Under the pieces are notes generated by a model. The model worked only from the letters and a program-made list of their open reading frames with translations, had not been told where the DNA came from and searched no databases. This document shows, piece by piece, positions 18,117 to 29,266 of a stretch of 64,000 nt of DNA (the first letter of the stretch is position 1; each line of letters starts with the position of its first letter). The DNA is from Acidimicrobiia bacterium (GTDB lineage: Bacteria > Actinomycetota > Acidimicrobiia > Spongiisociales > ZC4RG35): the NCBI GenBank assembly GCA_965215185.1, contig OZ244034.1, forward strand, positions 2,944,001 to 3,008,000, in the 5' to 3' direction. Position numbers and translations under genes: made by a program.

Positions 18117-20378
18117 ATGGTTCGATTCAGCGAAGCTCTCCGTTACCACTCCCATCCTCGGCCCGGAAAAATAGAGATACGGGCAACCAAGTCCACCCTC
18201 ACCCAGGCTGATCTGAGTCTCGCCTACACGCCAGGTGTGGCCGAGCCCTGTCTGGCTATTCACGAAAACCCCGGCGAGGCGTTCCAATACACCAACCGTG
18301 GCAATCTGGTGGCGGTGGTGTCCAACGGCACGGCGGTGTTGGGACTGGGCAATATCGGGGCATTGGCCTCCAAGCCGGTGATGGAGGGCAAAGCCGTGCT
18401 TTTCAAGCGGTTCGCCGACATCGATGTCTTTGACCTGGAACTGGACTCCGAGGACCCCGAGGACGTCATTCGCTTTTGCGAGTTGTTGGCACCCACCGTG
18501 GGAGGGATCAACCTCGAAGACATCCGGGCGCCTGACTGCTTCCTCATAGAGGAGACGCTGCGCCAAAGATTGAACATCCCGGTTTTTCACGACGATCAGC
18601 ACGGGACAGCCATCATCGCTGGGGCGGGTCTCATCAACGCCGCCGAATTGAGTGGACGGCGTCTTGAGGATATGAAAGTGGTGGTGCTGGGCGCCGGCGC
18701 GGCCGGAGTGGCTACTGCCAAGTTTCTTATCCGGATGGGATTTGATCCACAACGATTGCTGATGGTGGATTCACGGGGGGTGTTGCATTCGTCACGAACG
18801 GATTTGAACCCTTACAAGAAAGAGTTTGCCCGGTCAACGGAGGCGAGAACTCTGGCCGAGGCGATGGTCGACGCCGACGCTCTGATCGGGGTTGCCCAGG
18901 CTGGGCTGGTCCATCCCGAAATGTTGGAGGGGATGAAGCCCCAGCCGATCGTATTCGCCTTGGCCAATCCCGATCCGGAGATTCCCTATGACGTGGCGAA
19001 ACGGGTGAGACCGGACGCTTTCGTGGGCACCGGCCGCAGCGACTTCCCCAATCAGGTCAACAATGTGTTGGGCTTTCCTTTCATTTTCCGGGGAGCCCTG
19101 GATGTCCGAGCACGGGGAGTAAGCGAGGGAATGAAGGTGGCGGCGGCGGAGGCGCTGGCCAGTCTGGCCCGGGAACCGGTCGCCGAAGCGGTGCTGGAGG
19201 CCTATCAGTTGAAAGAGCTCTCCTTTGGTCCTGACTATCTGATCCCCAAGCCGTTCGACCCGCGGGTTCTCACCACAGTGGCTCCCGCAGTGGCCTTGGC
19301 CGCCACGCGGGAAGGCTTGGCAAGGCTTCCTTGCCATGACGAAGAGGAGTATCGGCATCGACTGAGCGCCCGCTTGCGGGCTTCCCAGGGTCTGATTCAG
19401 GTGGTGACCATCCGGGCGCGCCAGAACCCGGCCAGGGTGGTGTTCCCCTACGGTGATGATCTCCGGTTGGTGCGCGCCGCCCGGCGGGTGCTCGATGAAA
19501 GAATCGGATACCCGGTGCTTTTGGCCGACCGAGGTGTGGTCTCAGAACTCTCCGAAGAATTGGGCATCTCCTTGGAGGGCATAACAGTGATCGATCCGAT
19601 CAGCCAGCCGGAAGAGCGCAACCGATACGCCTCCCGGCTGTTGGAGCTTCGGGGTCATCGGGGCGTTTCGCGCAGTGCCGCGGCCCGGATGGTGTTTGAT
19701 CCCAATGTTTTCGCCGCCCTGATGGTGGAAACGGGAGACGTAGATGTACTGGTGGGCGGGCTCACCACCTTCTTCCCCGATACGGTTCGCCCGGCGTTGC
19801 AGATCATCAAAGTTCGAAAAGGTCGCTCCATCGCCAGCGCCTTGTATGTGGTGGTGGCCGGGCGGGCCGCCTATTTCTTTGCCGATTGCGCGGTAAATAT
19901 CGCCCCGTCGGCTGGTGAGTTGGCAGAGATCGCCGCCTCGGCGGTTGAGGTTGCTCAGCACCAGTTTGGGAGATCTCCTCGGGTGGCGTTTATCAGCTAC
20001 TCCGACTTTGGATCGGCTGCTGGAGACGAACCGGCGCGGGTCCGTCAGGCAGTGGAGATATTCCGTGATCGCTGGCCGGAGATCCCCGTGGATGGGGAGA
20101 TGCAGGCCGACACGGCGGTAGTAGAGAATCTTCTGTCCCAACGCCGCCCCGGCGGACCCCTGAAATACCCGGCCAACATCCTTGTCTTCCCCAACCTCAC
20201 GGCTGCCAACAGCGCGTACAAGCTGCTGGAGCGTTTGGGTGATGCGGAGGTGATCGGACCTATCCTCACCGGCCTGTCCCGATCGGTCCAGGTGCTGCAA
20301 AGGGATGCCTCGGTGGCGGAGATTGTCAACCTCACGGCCTACGGCGTAGCCGACGCCCAACTGCTCAGAAATGAATAG
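18117..20378 (+). CDS. maeB: NADP-dependent malic enzyme with phosphotransacetylase-like C-terminal domain
   Basis: LSLAYTPGVA, NLEDI, FHDDQHGTA, GAGAAG, NQVNNVLGFP, DGEMQAD. Confidence 0.96.
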   Translation: MVRFSEALRYHSHPRPGKIEIRATKSTLTQADLSLAYTPGVAEPCLAIHENPGEAFQYTNRGNLVAVVSNGTAVLGLGNIGALASKPVMEGKAVLFKRFADIDVFDLELDSEDPEDVIRFCELLAPTVGGINLEDIRAPDCFLIEETLRQRLNIPVFHDDQHGTAIIAGAGLINAAELSGRRLEDMKVVVLGAGAAGVATAKFLIRMGFDPQRLLMVDSRGVLHSSRTDLNPYKKEFARSTEARTLAEAMVDADALIGVAQAGLVHPEMLEGMKPQPIVFALANPDPEIPYDVAKRVRPDAFVGTGRSDFPNQVNNVLGFPFIFRGALDVRARGVSEGMKVAAAEALASLAREPVAEAVLEAYQLKELSFGPDYLIPKPFDPRVLTTVAPAVALAATREGLARLPCHDEEEYRHRLSARLRASQGLIQVVTIRARQNPARVVFPYGDDLRLVRAARRVLDERIGYPVLLADRGVVSELSEELGISLEGITVIDPISQPEERNRYASRLLELRGHRGVSRSAAARMVFDPNVFAALMVETGDVDVLVGGLTTFFPDTVRPALQIIKVRKGRSIASALYVVVAGRAAYFFADCAVNIAPSAGELAEIAASAVEVAQHQFGRSPRVAFISYSDFGSAAGDEPARVRQAVEIFRDRWPEIPVDGEMQADTAVVENLLSQRRPGGPLKYPANILVFPNLTAANSAYKLLERLGDAEVIGPILTGLSRSVQVLQRDASVAEIVNLTAYGVADAQLLRNE

Positions 20379-20774
20379 CGGACCGTAGAAACAGACGGGT
20401 GGAGGGGCTTTTCGCCGGGAGTCTCCGCAGGCTTTGTCTCGTCACGGAAGGTGGGGTGAACGCGCGGGATGAGAGAGCCTGACCGACCACACACCCCAAA
20501 GTGCAGTGACTTCATGGAGATTCAGCTTCGTTGGCGTCGAGGCAGCCTTGGACTCGGGGAGGGGACCATAGGCCTGTGCTAACCCGGTTTTCTGATCGGT
20601 GCAGGTGTGGGGGAGTAAGCGCCTTGGTGGTGGAGAACACCCCAACGGTAGAAACCACGGTCAGGTAGGGCGCCCTCTGTGTCGGGGTTGCAGAGGCGGG
20701 AATCGTTCACCTCTGATGCCGGGTGGATCAAAGTGGACGAAGAAGCAACCGGATATGCCCGCCGGCGCCAAGAG

Positions 20775-20847
20775 TGGGTCGCCGGGGAATCGAACCCCGA
20801 ACCTGCGGGTTAAGAGCCCGTTGCTCTGCCAATTGAGCTAGCGACCC
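20775..20847 (-). tRNA. tRNA-Lys(CTT)
   Basis: Reverse complement GGGTCGCTAGCTCAATTGGCAGAGC...CT-CTT-AA...GGTTCGATTCCCCGGCGACCCA. Confidence 0.95.
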
Positions 20848-20875
20848 GGAAACTCACAATCCGGAAACTCATAAT
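20846..20875. repeat. 2 x 15-bp tandem duplication upstream of tRNA-Lys
   Basis: ccggaaactcacaat ccggaaactcataat. Confidence 0.85.
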
Positions 20876-20949
20876 AGCGAAGGAAAACGGCGTCCCATCG
20901 AGTTTATGGTTGTGGTTCTGTCACAGGTTTGTGCCAAAATGGGGCCTTA

Positions 20950-21023
20950 CGGGCTGTGGCGCAGCTTGGCAGCGCGCCTGCTTTGGGAGCAGGAGGTCGT
21001 CGGTTCAAATCCGACCAGCCCGA
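20950..21023 (+). tRNA. tRNA-Pro(TGG)
   Basis: CGGGCTGTGGCGCAGCTTGG...CCTGC-TT-TGG-GA-GCAGG...GGTTCAAATCC...CAGCCCGA. Confidence 0.95.
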
Positions 21024-21083
21024 CATGAGAAACGATGGACATTGCCCGACATGGCGCCGCTAGCCTTGTCGTGGTGTTGACCG

Positions 21084-21154
<71 letters not shown>

Positions 21155-21183
21155 CTGTGGGATTTCCTTTGGTGAACACCAGA

Positions 21184-21256
21184 GCCCCCGTAGCTCAGAG
21201 GACAGAGCAGGAGCCTTCTAAGCTCTTGGCCGGGGGTTCGAATCCTCCCGGGGGCG
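21184..21256 (+). tRNA. tRNA-Arg(TCT)
   Basis: GCCCCCGTAGCTCAG...GGAGC-CT-TCT-AA-GCTCT...GGTTCGAATCC...CGGGGGCG. Confidence 0.95.
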
Positions 21257-21276
21257 CCGGGGAGGTCCCCCTACAT

Positions 21277-21352
21277 GGCGACCGTAGCTCAGTCAGGTTA
21301 GAGCGCCAGGTTGTGGCCCTGGAGGACGGGGGTTCAAGTCCCCTCGGTCGTC
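21277..21352 (+). tRNA. tRNA-His(GTG) with encoded G-1
   Basis: GGCGACCGTAGCTCAG...CCAGG-TT-GTG-GC-CCTGG...GGTTCAAGTCCC...CGGTCGTC. Confidence 0.95.
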
Positions 21353-21362
21353 CTAATACCCC

Positions 21363-21398
21363 TTTATGAGGTCCGATGAATTTATGAGGTTCGATGAA
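21363..21398. repeat. 2 x 18-bp tandem duplication covering the tig ribosome-binding region
   Basis: tttatgaggtccgatgaa tttatgaggttcgatgaa. Confidence 0.85.
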
Positions 21399-22888
21399 TG
21401 AAAACACCCGATCCTGTGACGGCTGACGTCTCCTTTTCTGACGCCGGCCCGTTCGAGAAGATGGTTTCCTTTGAGATCTCTTCTGTGGACCTCAAACGCG
21501 CCATGAATGAGGCTTCCCGTCGGATTTCCCGCGAAGTCAGCATTGCGGGCTTCCGACGAGGCAAAGCCCCTCGGCGGCTGGTCGAGAATCAGGTGGGGAT
21601 CCAGCGGATACGAGCCGATGCTTTGGATGACCTGGTCCCGACCCGGGTGGACGAGATACTGTCGCAAACCGAGATTGTTCCCGTTGTCCCACCTTTATTG
21701 GAATCGGTAACCGATGCCGACCAAGGAGGGGTGAGTGTGAATGTGAGGATCACCACTTGGCCTCGCCTTGAGTCACTTCCCCACTATCGAGGCAGACAGA
21801 TTCAGATACCGGATGTTCCCTCGGTGTCGGATCAGGTGGATGCCCGCCTCAAGGAGCTCCGTCACATGTACGCTCCGCTCCAAACAGTGGATAAGGCAGT
21901 AGAGAATGGGGATTTTGTGATCATCGATTTGACGGTGATGGAGGGAGAGCGTTCTATCGACGCCCTGACTATTGACGGCTTCAGCTATGAAGTCGGTTCG
22001 GAACAGTTGACCCCTCAGATTGACGAGAGCCTGGTTGGAAAGACAGCCGGCGATGAGATAAGTGTTGCCGCTCCGCTGCCGGAATGGCTTTCCGCCACAC
22101 GCCAGACATCGAACGAAGACCAACACGATGACCAGCCGGCGGAGGGCAGATACGAGATCCGGATTGTGGAAGTGCAGTCCCGCTCCATTCCCGAGTTGGA
22201 TGACGATTGGGCTTCGGAGTACACCGGCCATGACTCGTTGGAAGAGCTTCTTCAGGAGATGGGAGACGAGGTGGAAGAGCGGCATAGCGCAGCCCTTTGG
22301 GAGATGTTGGCGGCCGAGACAATGAAGGAGATCACCTCCGAACTGGAGTTGGGTTTGCCCGAAAGGTTGCAGAACGCGCAGATGGAGTTGCTGTTTCGAA
22401 ACCATCTTGCGTCACTGGAGAATGCGAAACTGGACTATGAGACCTATCTGGAGAGAACCGGCCTTGACCACCAGCAGGTGGTAGAGGGCCTGAGACACCA
22501 GGCGGTGGCGGGGCTCAAGGCCCGGATCCTCATAGAAGGGGTGATCGAAGCGGAGGGACTGGTGGTGGATGACGCCGAGGTGTTCAATGCCCTGCGCGAA
22601 GCGGCTGGGGAGGCAGAGGATCCCGAAGGGTTCTTGCGGCATGTCGAAGAAAGTGTCCACACCGAGGAAGTAAGGGGTGATATGCTCAGAGCCAGAGCCC
22701 GAGCTTTCATGGCGATGCAGGTCCAGCCGGTTGACGCTACCGGCCGACCGGTTGAGATCGAAGCACCCTCGTGGGCGAGGGACTGGTTTGATTCGGCGCC
22801 CGGGCCGGCTGAAAGTACAGACACGCGGGGCGACCTCGGAGAGGCCCTCTATGAAGCGGAGGTAATAAATGACCCGTTCCTTGACTGA
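21398..22888 (+). CDS. tig: Trigger factor
   Basis: [10 protein letters not shown] ribosome-binding motif, FKBP-like GDFVIID; upstream of clpP-clpX. Confidence 0.92.
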   Translation: MKTPDPVTADVSFSDAGPFEKMVSFEISSVDLKRAMNEASRRISREVSIAGFRRGKAPRRLVENQVGIQRIRADALDDLVPTRVDEILSQTEIVPVVPPLLESVTDADQGGVSVNVRITTWPRLESLPHYRGRQIQIPDVPSVSDQVDARLKELRHMYAPLQTVDKAVENGDFVIIDLTVMEGERSIDALTIDGFSYEVGSEQLTPQIDESLVGKTAGDEISVAAPLPEWLSATRQTSNEDQHDDQPAEGRYEIRIVEVQSRSIPELDDDWASEYTGHDSLEELLQEMGDEVEERHSAALWEMLAAETMKEITSELELGLPERLQNAQMELLFRNHLASLENAKLDYETYLERTGLDHQQVVEGLRHQAVAGLKARILIEGVIEAEGLVVDDAEVFNALREAAGEAEDPEGFLRHVEESVHTEEVRGDMLRARARAFMAMQVQPVDATGRPVEIEAPSWARDWFDSAPGPAESTDTRGDLGEALYEAEVINDPFLD

Positions 22889-23522
22889 GGGGCCCTTCCC
22901 CACCACCCGTTTTTCGGGTTACATCCCGGTTCCCCATGTGACCGAGCAGACCAGCAGGGGGGAGCGCACTTCCGATATCTACAGTCGCTTGCTCAAGGAT
23001 CGGATCGTTTTTCTGGGAACCCCCATTGATGACACCGTGGCCAATCTGGTCATGGCGCAGATGCTCCATCTGGAGAGCGAAGATCCAGACAAGGATATTT
23101 TCCTGTATATAAACTCGCCGGGTGGGCAGATGACTTCGCTCTTCGCCCTTTATGACACCATGCAGTATGTGAGGCCTGATATCAGCACAGTGTGTATGGG
23201 GATGGCTGCTTCAGCAGCCGCGGTGTTGCTGGCGGGAGGCGCCGAGGGAAAGCGTTATGCGCTGCCTCACGCCCGGGTCATGCTTCACCAACCTCACGGT
23301 GGCGCCCAAGGCCAGGCCACCGATATCGAAATCCAGGCCCGGCTTATTCTGCAGATGAGGGAGCAGACCAACAGGATACTTTCCCGGCACACCGGTCAGT
23401 CTGTGGAAAAGGTCGCTAATGACACCGACCGGGACTATTGGATGATGGCGAGCGAAGCGGTGTCATACGGGGTGATCGACCAGGTACTCACCCGCAAGAC
23501 TCTCGCTGCTGTCGGGGACTGA
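22869..23522 (+). CDS. clpP: ATP-dependent Clp protease proteolytic subunit
   Basis: [33 protein letters not shown]. Confidence 0.97.
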   Translation: MTRSLTEGPFPTTRFSGYIPVPHVTEQTSRGERTSDIYSRLLKDRIVFLGTPIDDTVANLVMAQMLHLESEDPDKDIFLYINSPGGQMTSLFALYDTMQYVRPDISTVCMGMAASAAAVLLAGGAEGKRYALPHARVMLHQPHGGAQGQATDIEIQARLILQMREQTNRILSRHTGQSVEKVANDTDRDYWMMASEAVSYGVIDQVLTRKTLAAVGD

Positions 23523-23532
23523 GGTCGCCCAA

Positions 23533-24789
23533 ATGGCGCGGGAAGGATCGGACCTCCTCAAATGCAGCTTTTGCGGGCAGTCCCAAAAACAGGTCTTGAA
23601 GCTGATCGCTGGTCCGGGCGTCTACATCTGCAACGAATGCATTGATCTGTGCAACGAGATCATCGACGAGGAGACCTCCTCTGACGGGTATCAGGTACAG
23701 GAACTTCCCAACCCCACCGACATCTACAAGTACCTCGACTCCTATGTGGTAGGCCAAGAAGTGGCTAAACGGTCTTTGTCGGTGGCGGTCTATAACCACT
23801 ACAAACGGCTGCGGCTGGCCAATCGCAGCCATTCCGAGGTTGAGGTGGAAAAGTCCAACGTACTTCTGGTCGGCCCGACCGGATCGGGAAAAACGCTCTT
23901 GGCCCGAACCTTGGCCCGACAGCTCAATGTTCCCATCGCCATTACCGACGCCACCGCTCTAACCGAGGCGGGATATGTGGGTGAGGATGTGGAGAACATC
24001 CTGCTGAGACTGGTTCAGGCGGCCGACTACGACCTGAAGGTGGCTCAGACCGGAATCGTCTATATTGATGAGATAGACAAGGTGGCTCGCAAGGCGGACA
24101 ACCCTTCCATAACCCGGGACGTGTCAGGAGAAGGTGTGCAGCAGGCGCTGTTGAAGATACTGGAGGGGACGGTCGCCTCGGTTCCCCCACAGGGTGGGCG
24201 AAAACACCCCCACCAGGAGTTTCTTCAGCTCGACACCACGGACATCTTGTTCATCTGCGGAGGCGCATTTGATGGATTGGAGGACATCATCGCCCGGCGG
24301 GTGGGGAGTGGTTCGGTGGGGTTTGGCGCCGATATCAAGTCTCGCCTCGAACGCTCCGACGGCGACCTGCTTCGTCAGGTGCTTCCCGAGGATCTCATGA
24401 AATATGGACTGATACCCGAGTTCATCGGACGGTTGCCGGTGCTCAGCGCCGTCCATCCCCTCGATGTCGATGATCTGGTGAAGATTCTGCAGGAGCCTCG
24501 CAACGCCCTGATCAAGCAGTACCGCCATCTCTTGGATCTTGATGATGTGGAGTTGATCTTCACCCCCCAAGCGATTGGCGAGATCGCAGAGCAGGCACTC
24601 GCCCGAGGCACCGGAGCCCGGGGTCTGCGGTCAATTATGGAGGACTTGCTTTGCGACCTGATGTTCCAGGCGCCCACTCGCCCCGACATCAGGCGAGTGG
24701 TGGTGGACCATCTGATGGTGAGAGAGGGAAACGTGGCCTCGTTGAGAGACGCTCGGGCAAGTAAGCGCCAGCGCGAACAGACCGCCTGA
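23533..24789 (+). CDS. clpX: ATP-dependent Clp protease ATP-binding subunit
   Basis: CSFCG...CNEC zinc finger, [25 protein letters not shown] loop, GARGLR. Confidence 0.97.
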   Translation: MAREGSDLLKCSFCGQSQKQVLKLIAGPGVYICNECIDLCNEIIDEETSSDGYQVQELPNPTDIYKYLDSYVVGQEVAKRSLSVAVYNHYKRLRLANRSHSEVEVEKSNVLLVGPTGSGKTLLARTLARQLNVPIAITDATALTEAGYVGEDVENILLRLVQAADYDLKVAQTGIVYIDEIDKVARKADNPSITRDVSGEGVQQALLKILEGTVASVPPQGGRKHPHQEFLQLDTTDILFICGGAFDGLEDIIARRVGSGSVGFGADIKSRLERSDGDLLRQVLPEDLMKYGLIPEFIGRLPVLSAVHPLDVDDLVKILQEPRNALIKQYRHLLDLDDVELIFTPQAIGEIAEQALARGTGARGLRSIMEDLLCDLMFQAPTRPDIRRVVVDHLMVREGNVASLRDARASKRQREQTA

Positions 24790-24804
24790 GTTGCTGCGGC
24801 GACC

Positions 24805-27405
24805 ATGGGAATCTCCCAGGCTCGGATGAGAGCCGCTTACGATCCCAAGGTAATAGAGCCACGATGGTATTCGCTCTGGGAGGACGCCGGGATCTTCCGT
24901 CCCGAATACCGGCCGGAGGGCGATCCTTTCTGCGTGGTGATTCCTCCTCCCAATGTCACTGGGTCCCTTCACATAGGCCACGCCCTCAACCACACCATCC
25001 ACGATGTCATAGCTCGCCGTCGCCGCATGCAGGGCTGGGCAGTGCTGTGGGTGCCGGGAGCCGACCACGCCGGCATCGCCACCCAGACTGTGGTGGAGAA
25101 GTCGCTGGCAGAGAAGGGCCTGAACCGTTTTGATCTGGGCAGGGAGGCTTTCATTGATCGAGTTTGGGAGTGGAAGGAGCGCTTCGGGGGACGGATCACC
25201 CAACAAATACGAAGAATGGGCAACTCGTGCGACTGGACCAGAGAGAGATTCACTCTGGACGAGGGTCTGTCCACGGCAGTTCTGGAAGTGTTCGTCCGAC
25301 TCTACGAGGACGGGCTGATCTACCGGGGGGAGCGAATAATCAACTGGTGTCCCCGCTGTGAGACCGCCTTGGCCGACATAGAGGTGGAGCACCAGGAACT
25401 GGATGGAGAGTTGGTAAGGATTTTCTACCCTTTCTCGGACGAATCCGGGGGGGTGACGGTGGCCACCACCCGGGCCGAGACCATGTTGGGCGACACCGGG
25501 GTGGCCGTACATCCTGATGATTCCCGCTACCGGGACATAGTGGGTAAAGAAGTCCGACTTCCCTTGCTGGGGAGGACGATCCCCATCGTGGCCGATCGGG
25601 GCGTGGATCCCGATTTCGGGACGGGGGCCGTGAAAGTCACCCCCGCCCACGATCCCTTGGACTTCGAGATAGCCGAGCGCCATGGTTTGGAGAGGATTCT
25701 GGTGCTGGACGACAAAGCAGTGATCACCCAGGCGGGCGACCGCTTTGCGGGGTTGGATAGTCTTGAAGCCCGGAGGGCGGTGATCGACGCGCTGGACGCG
25801 GAAGGGGCCCTGGTCGGCCGGGAGCCGTACCAACACTCGGTAGGGTTTTGCTACCGCTGCGACACGGTGGTGGAACCTGTCTTGTCGACCCAGTGGTTTG
25901 TGAAAGTGGATGAACTGGTTCGGCCCGCCATCGAGGCGGTCAAATCGGGCGACAACTGTTTCATCCCTTCCCATTGGGAGAAGAGCTACTTTCATTGGAT
26001 GGAAAACCTGCGCGATTGGTGTATCTCCCGCCAGATCTGGTGGGGACACCGCATCCCCGCTTGGTACTGCGCCTCCGAGCACATCACGGTTGCCCGCTCC
26101 GTGCCTGAAGTTTGCCAGGTGTGCGGAGCAGGGGAATTGGTGCAGGACGCTGACGTGTTGGACACATGGTTCTCGTCGGCGCTGTGGCCGTTCTCCACCT
26201 TGGGGTGGCCCGAAGAGACCGAGGATCTGGCCAGGTTCTATCCCAACATGGTTTTGATCACCGGATTCGACATTATTTACTTCTGGGTGGCCCGGATGAT
26301 GAAGATGGGCCTGCGGTTTCTGGGAGATGTTCCTTTCCGGGAGACGGTGATCCACGGCTTGGTGCGGGACAGCGAAGGGCGCAAGATGTCCAAGTCATTG
26401 GGGAATACCATCGACCCGTTGGAGGTGGTGGAAGAGTACGGGGCCGATCCTCTGCGCCTGGCCCTGATCCAGGCGGCCAACCCCGGCCAGGACGTTCCTC
26501 TCGACATGGAGTGGGTGGAGGGCACTCGTCGCTTCGGGAACAAACTGTGGAATGCAGTGCGGTACGTCCTTCGCCATCTGCCCGAAAGAAGCGTTCCTCC
26601 TTACGGTGGGTATCCGGCCAACCCGGCGCCGGTGGATCGGTGGGTGCTGGCGGGCTTGGGTGAGGTGGCTGCCCGGTTTGATCGGCTCTCCGACGGGTAT
26701 CGTTTCTCCGACGCCTACAGCCTGTTGTACAACTATTCGTGGGCCGAGGTGTTCGACTGGTATTTGGAGATGTCCAAGGCGGCCCTCGATAGTTCCGACG
26801 ATTCCCAGGTCACTCAAGAGACTCTGGGAGTGGTGATGCGGGATCTTCTTAAGCTGTTCCATCCCGCCATTCCGTTCCTGACAGAGGAACTGTGGTCGTA
26901 TCTGGTGGGGACCGAATTGCTGGCCGGCGCCGATTGGCCCAACATTCCTCCCTATGACCCGGTACCCGAGATGGAGGATCTCAAAGCTCTAGTTTCCGGG
27001 ATACGCCAATTCCGGGCCGCCCAGGGCCTGAGCCACCGCCAGGTCCTTCCCTTGGGGATTACCGGTCAGCCTCCCCGATGGGTTGTAGAACTGGTGGAGA
27101 ACTTGGCCGGCGCGTCGGTCGAAACCTGGAAGGAAGGGGTGGGCAAAGGCCATGTCCACCTGTCGGCGGGCCGCTGGGATGGCTTCATCCCGCTCCGTGG
27201 GTTGGTGGATCCGGAAGCTGAACGTCAGCGGATAGATCGGGCTATCTCCCGGCTCGCAGTGCAGGTAAACCGTTCTTTGGGGAAGCTCGACAATCCGGAT
27301 TTCGTCGAACGGGCTCCGGCGGCGGTTGTGGAGAAAGAGCGCGGCAAACTAGCCGAGGCTACCGAGCGGTTAGGTTCCCTTCGGCTCCAGCGAGAGGCTT
27401 TATAA
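24805..27405 (+). CDS. valS: Valine--tRNA ligase
   Basis: PPPNVTGSLHIGHAL, DWCISRQIWWGHRIP, KMSKS, C-terminal coiled coil. Confidence 0.97.
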   Translation: MGISQARMRAAYDPKVIEPRWYSLWEDAGIFRPEYRPEGDPFCVVIPPPNVTGSLHIGHALNHTIHDVIARRRRMQGWAVLWVPGADHAGIATQTVVEKSLAEKGLNRFDLGREAFIDRVWEWKERFGGRITQQIRRMGNSCDWTRERFTLDEGLSTAVLEVFVRLYEDGLIYRGERIINWCPRCETALADIEVEHQELDGELVRIFYPFSDESGGVTVATTRAETMLGDTGVAVHPDDSRYRDIVGKEVRLPLLGRTIPIVADRGVDPDFGTGAVKVTPAHDPLDFEIAERHGLERILVLDDKAVITQAGDRFAGLDSLEARRAVIDALDAEGALVGREPYQHSVGFCYRCDTVVEPVLSTQWFVKVDELVRPAIEAVKSGDNCFIPSHWEKSYFHWMENLRDWCISRQIWWGHRIPAWYCASEHITVARSVPEVCQVCGAGELVQDADVLDTWFSSALWPFSTLGWPEETEDLARFYPNMVLITGFDIIYFWVARMMKMGLRFLGDVPFRETVIHGLVRDSEGRKMSKSLGNTIDPLEVVEEYGADPLRLALIQAANPGQDVPLDMEWVEGTRRFGNKLWNAVRYVLRHLPERSVPPYGGYPANPAPVDRWVLAGLGEVAARFDRLSDGYRFSDAYSLLYNYSWAEVFDWYLEMSKAALDSSDDSQVTQETLGVVMRDLLKLFHPAIPFLTEELWSYLVGTELLAGADWPNIPPYDPVPEMEDLKALVSGIRQFRAAQGLSHRQVLPLGITGQPPRWVVELVENLAGASVETWKEGVGKGHVHLSAGRWDGFIPLRGLVDPEAERQRIDRAISRLAVQVNRSLGKLDNPDFVERAPAAVVEKERGKLAEATERLGSLRLQREAL

Positions 27406-27408
27406 CAG

Positions 27409-28701
27409 ATGAACTACCCAGGGGCTCTTTCCTACCTGGACTCCTGCATAGGTTTGGGGAGAAAGTTCGGCCTGGAACCCATGAGGGCCGTCATGTCCCG
27501 AATGGGCGATCCCCACACCCGACGTCGGGTGATACACGTGGCCGGCACCAACGGCAAGACCTCCACCTCACGCATGGCGGGGCAGGTGCTGGTAACCCAG
27601 GGTTACAGCGCAGGGGTTTTTACTTCCCCTCACCTTCAGGCCGTGGAGGAGAGGATTGCGGTCAATGGCAGATCTCTCACCCCCCTCCAATTTGCCGAAG
27701 CCATCTCGGAGGTGGCCGAGGTGATTGTGGAGGAGGTGGCGGATGGGGGTCGGGGTCTTACCTATTTCGAGTTGACCACCGCGGCCGCCTTCGCCCATTT
27801 CGCCCGGGCCGGAGTGGACGCCATGGTGTTGGAGGTGGGTCTGGGAGGAAGGCTGGACGCCACCAATGTGGTCTCTGCCGAAGTGGCGGTGCTAACCGGT
27901 CTCGGTTTTGACCACACCCAGTATTTGGGAGACACCCTACCGCAGATCGCTCGCGAGAAGTTGGGCATAGTCGATCCCGGCGCGCGGCTGGTGTGTGGTG
28001 CCATTCCACCGGAAGCGGCACCGGTGGTGGAGAGGAAAGCCCGAGCTAGCGGCGCCGAGGTGTTGTGGTTGGGAAAAGACTTCGGGGTGAGGGCGATTTC
28101 TGCGATGCCTGAGGGTGGCTGGAGAGTTTCTGTGGACGGCTTGTACGGATCCTATGAGAACTTGCGGTTGCCGCTGCGGGGACGCCATCAAATCCGAAAC
28201 CTGGCGGTGGCGGTGGCCGCGGCGGAAGCCTGGTTGGAGCGGGGCCTGGATGCCGACCGGCTTCGGGCCGGACTTAGGCGTTTCTCGGTTCCCGGCCGTA
28301 TGGAACTTATTTCAAGGGATTCCACCCTCCTCTTGTTGGATGGCGCACACAACCCCGAGGCATGCACGGTGCTGGCCAAGTCAATGGCCGAGGAGTTCGG
28401 TGAAGGAGGATGGGTGGGAGTTCTGGGAGTGATGGGCGATAAGGATTTAGAGTCGATGATTGCCGCTCTGGCACCCCTTTTGGACAAAGTTGTGGCCTCC
28501 CGGGCCGATTCGCCGCGGGCCCTGTACCCCCATGAAATGGCGGGTCGGATCAAGCGGATTTCGGACCTTCCGGTTATCCAGTGCGCTGATCCGGCGGAGG
28601 CTATCCAAAGAGCTTATAGCCTGGCCGGGCGGGGAGGGCGGGTACTGGTGGCGGGTTCACTTTATCTGGTCGGGGAAGTCCGAACTTTGTTGGGTCTGTA
28701 G
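27409..28701 (+). CDS. folC: Folylpolyglutamate synthase/dihydrofolate synthase
   Basis: HVAGTNGKTS, FTSPHL, EVGLGGRLDATN, LDGAHN, GSLYLVG. Confidence 0.95.
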   Translation: MNYPGALSYLDSCIGLGRKFGLEPMRAVMSRMGDPHTRRRVIHVAGTNGKTSTSRMAGQVLVTQGYSAGVFTSPHLQAVEERIAVNGRSLTPLQFAEAISEVAEVIVEEVADGGRGLTYFELTTAAAFAHFARAGVDAMVLEVGLGGRLDATNVVSAEVAVLTGLGFDHTQYLGDTLPQIAREKLGIVDPGARLVCGAIPPEAAPVVERKARASGAEVLWLGKDFGVRAISAMPEGGWRVSVDGLYGSYENLRLPLRGRHQIRNLAVAVAAAEAWLERGLDADRLRAGLRRFSVPGRMELISRDSTLLLLDGAHNPEACTVLAKSMAEEFGEGGWVGVLGVMGDKDLESMIAALAPLLDKVVASRADSPRALYPHEMAGRIKRISDLPVIQCADPAEAIQRAYSLAGRGGRVLVAGSLYLVGEVRTLLGL

Positions 28702-28732
28702 AAGGAGCGTGGCTCCTAACCTTGAGGTGAAG

Positions 28733-28806
28733 GCCGGAGTAGCTCAGCCTGGCAGAGCAGCTCACTCGTAATGAGCAGGCCAGGGGTTCAAATCCCCTCT
28801 CCGGCT
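28733..28806 (+). tRNA. tRNA-Thr(CGT)
   Basis: GCCGGAGTAGCTCAG...GCTCA-CT-CGT-AA-TGAGC...GGTTCAAATCCC...CTCCGGCT. Confidence 0.95.
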
Positions 28807-28822
28807 CAATAGAATCTTCGAT

Positions 28823-29227
28823 ATGGCTTGTGAACAAACTTTTATAATGGTGAAGCCCGATGGGGTTGCTCGTGGTTTGGTGGGCGAGATCATTCGTCGG
28901 CTGGAATCAAAAGGCCTGCGGATGGTGCAGGCGCGTCTGCAAAGGGTGGGTGAGGAGTTGGCGGGTGAGCATTACGCCGAGCATTGTTCACGCCCCTTTT
29001 ATCAGGATCTGATCTCGTTTGTTACCAGTGGGCCAGTGATGGCGATGGTTTGGGAGGGAGAGTCGGCGGTGTCGGTGGCCAGGGTCTTAATAGGTCCTAC
29101 CAACCCGGCAACTGCGCCACCGGGAACCATCAGGGGAGATTTCGGTCTGGAGACCACCAAGAATCTGGTCCATGGTTCCGACTCTCCAACCAGTGCTTCC
29201 CGGGAAATAGCCCTGTGGTTCAGTTAG
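28823..29227 (+). CDS. ndk: Nucleoside diphosphate kinase
   Basis: [27 protein letters not shown]. Confidence 0.97.
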   Translation: MACEQTFIMVKPDGVARGLVGEIIRRLESKGLRMVQARLQRVGEELAGEHYAEHCSRPFYQDLISFVTSGPVMAMVWEGESAVSVARVLIGPTNPATAPPGTIRGDFGLETTKNLVHGSDSPTSASREIALWFS

Positions 29228-29266
29228 CATTGACATTGGTCGCTAGAGGTTGCTTCCGGAGATGAG

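Noticed and set aside
20380-20770. ~390-bp intergenic region between maeB and tRNA-Lys as possible ncRNA or small gene
   Set aside because: No recognisable RNA family motif, convincing hairpin series or credible ORF
24631-26355. 574-aa minus-strand ORF (and similar long antisense ORFs at 4312-5622, 9593-10555, 43521-45005, 57399-59099)
   Set aside because: Antisense shadows of well-supported genes in high-GC DNA; no recognisable motifs
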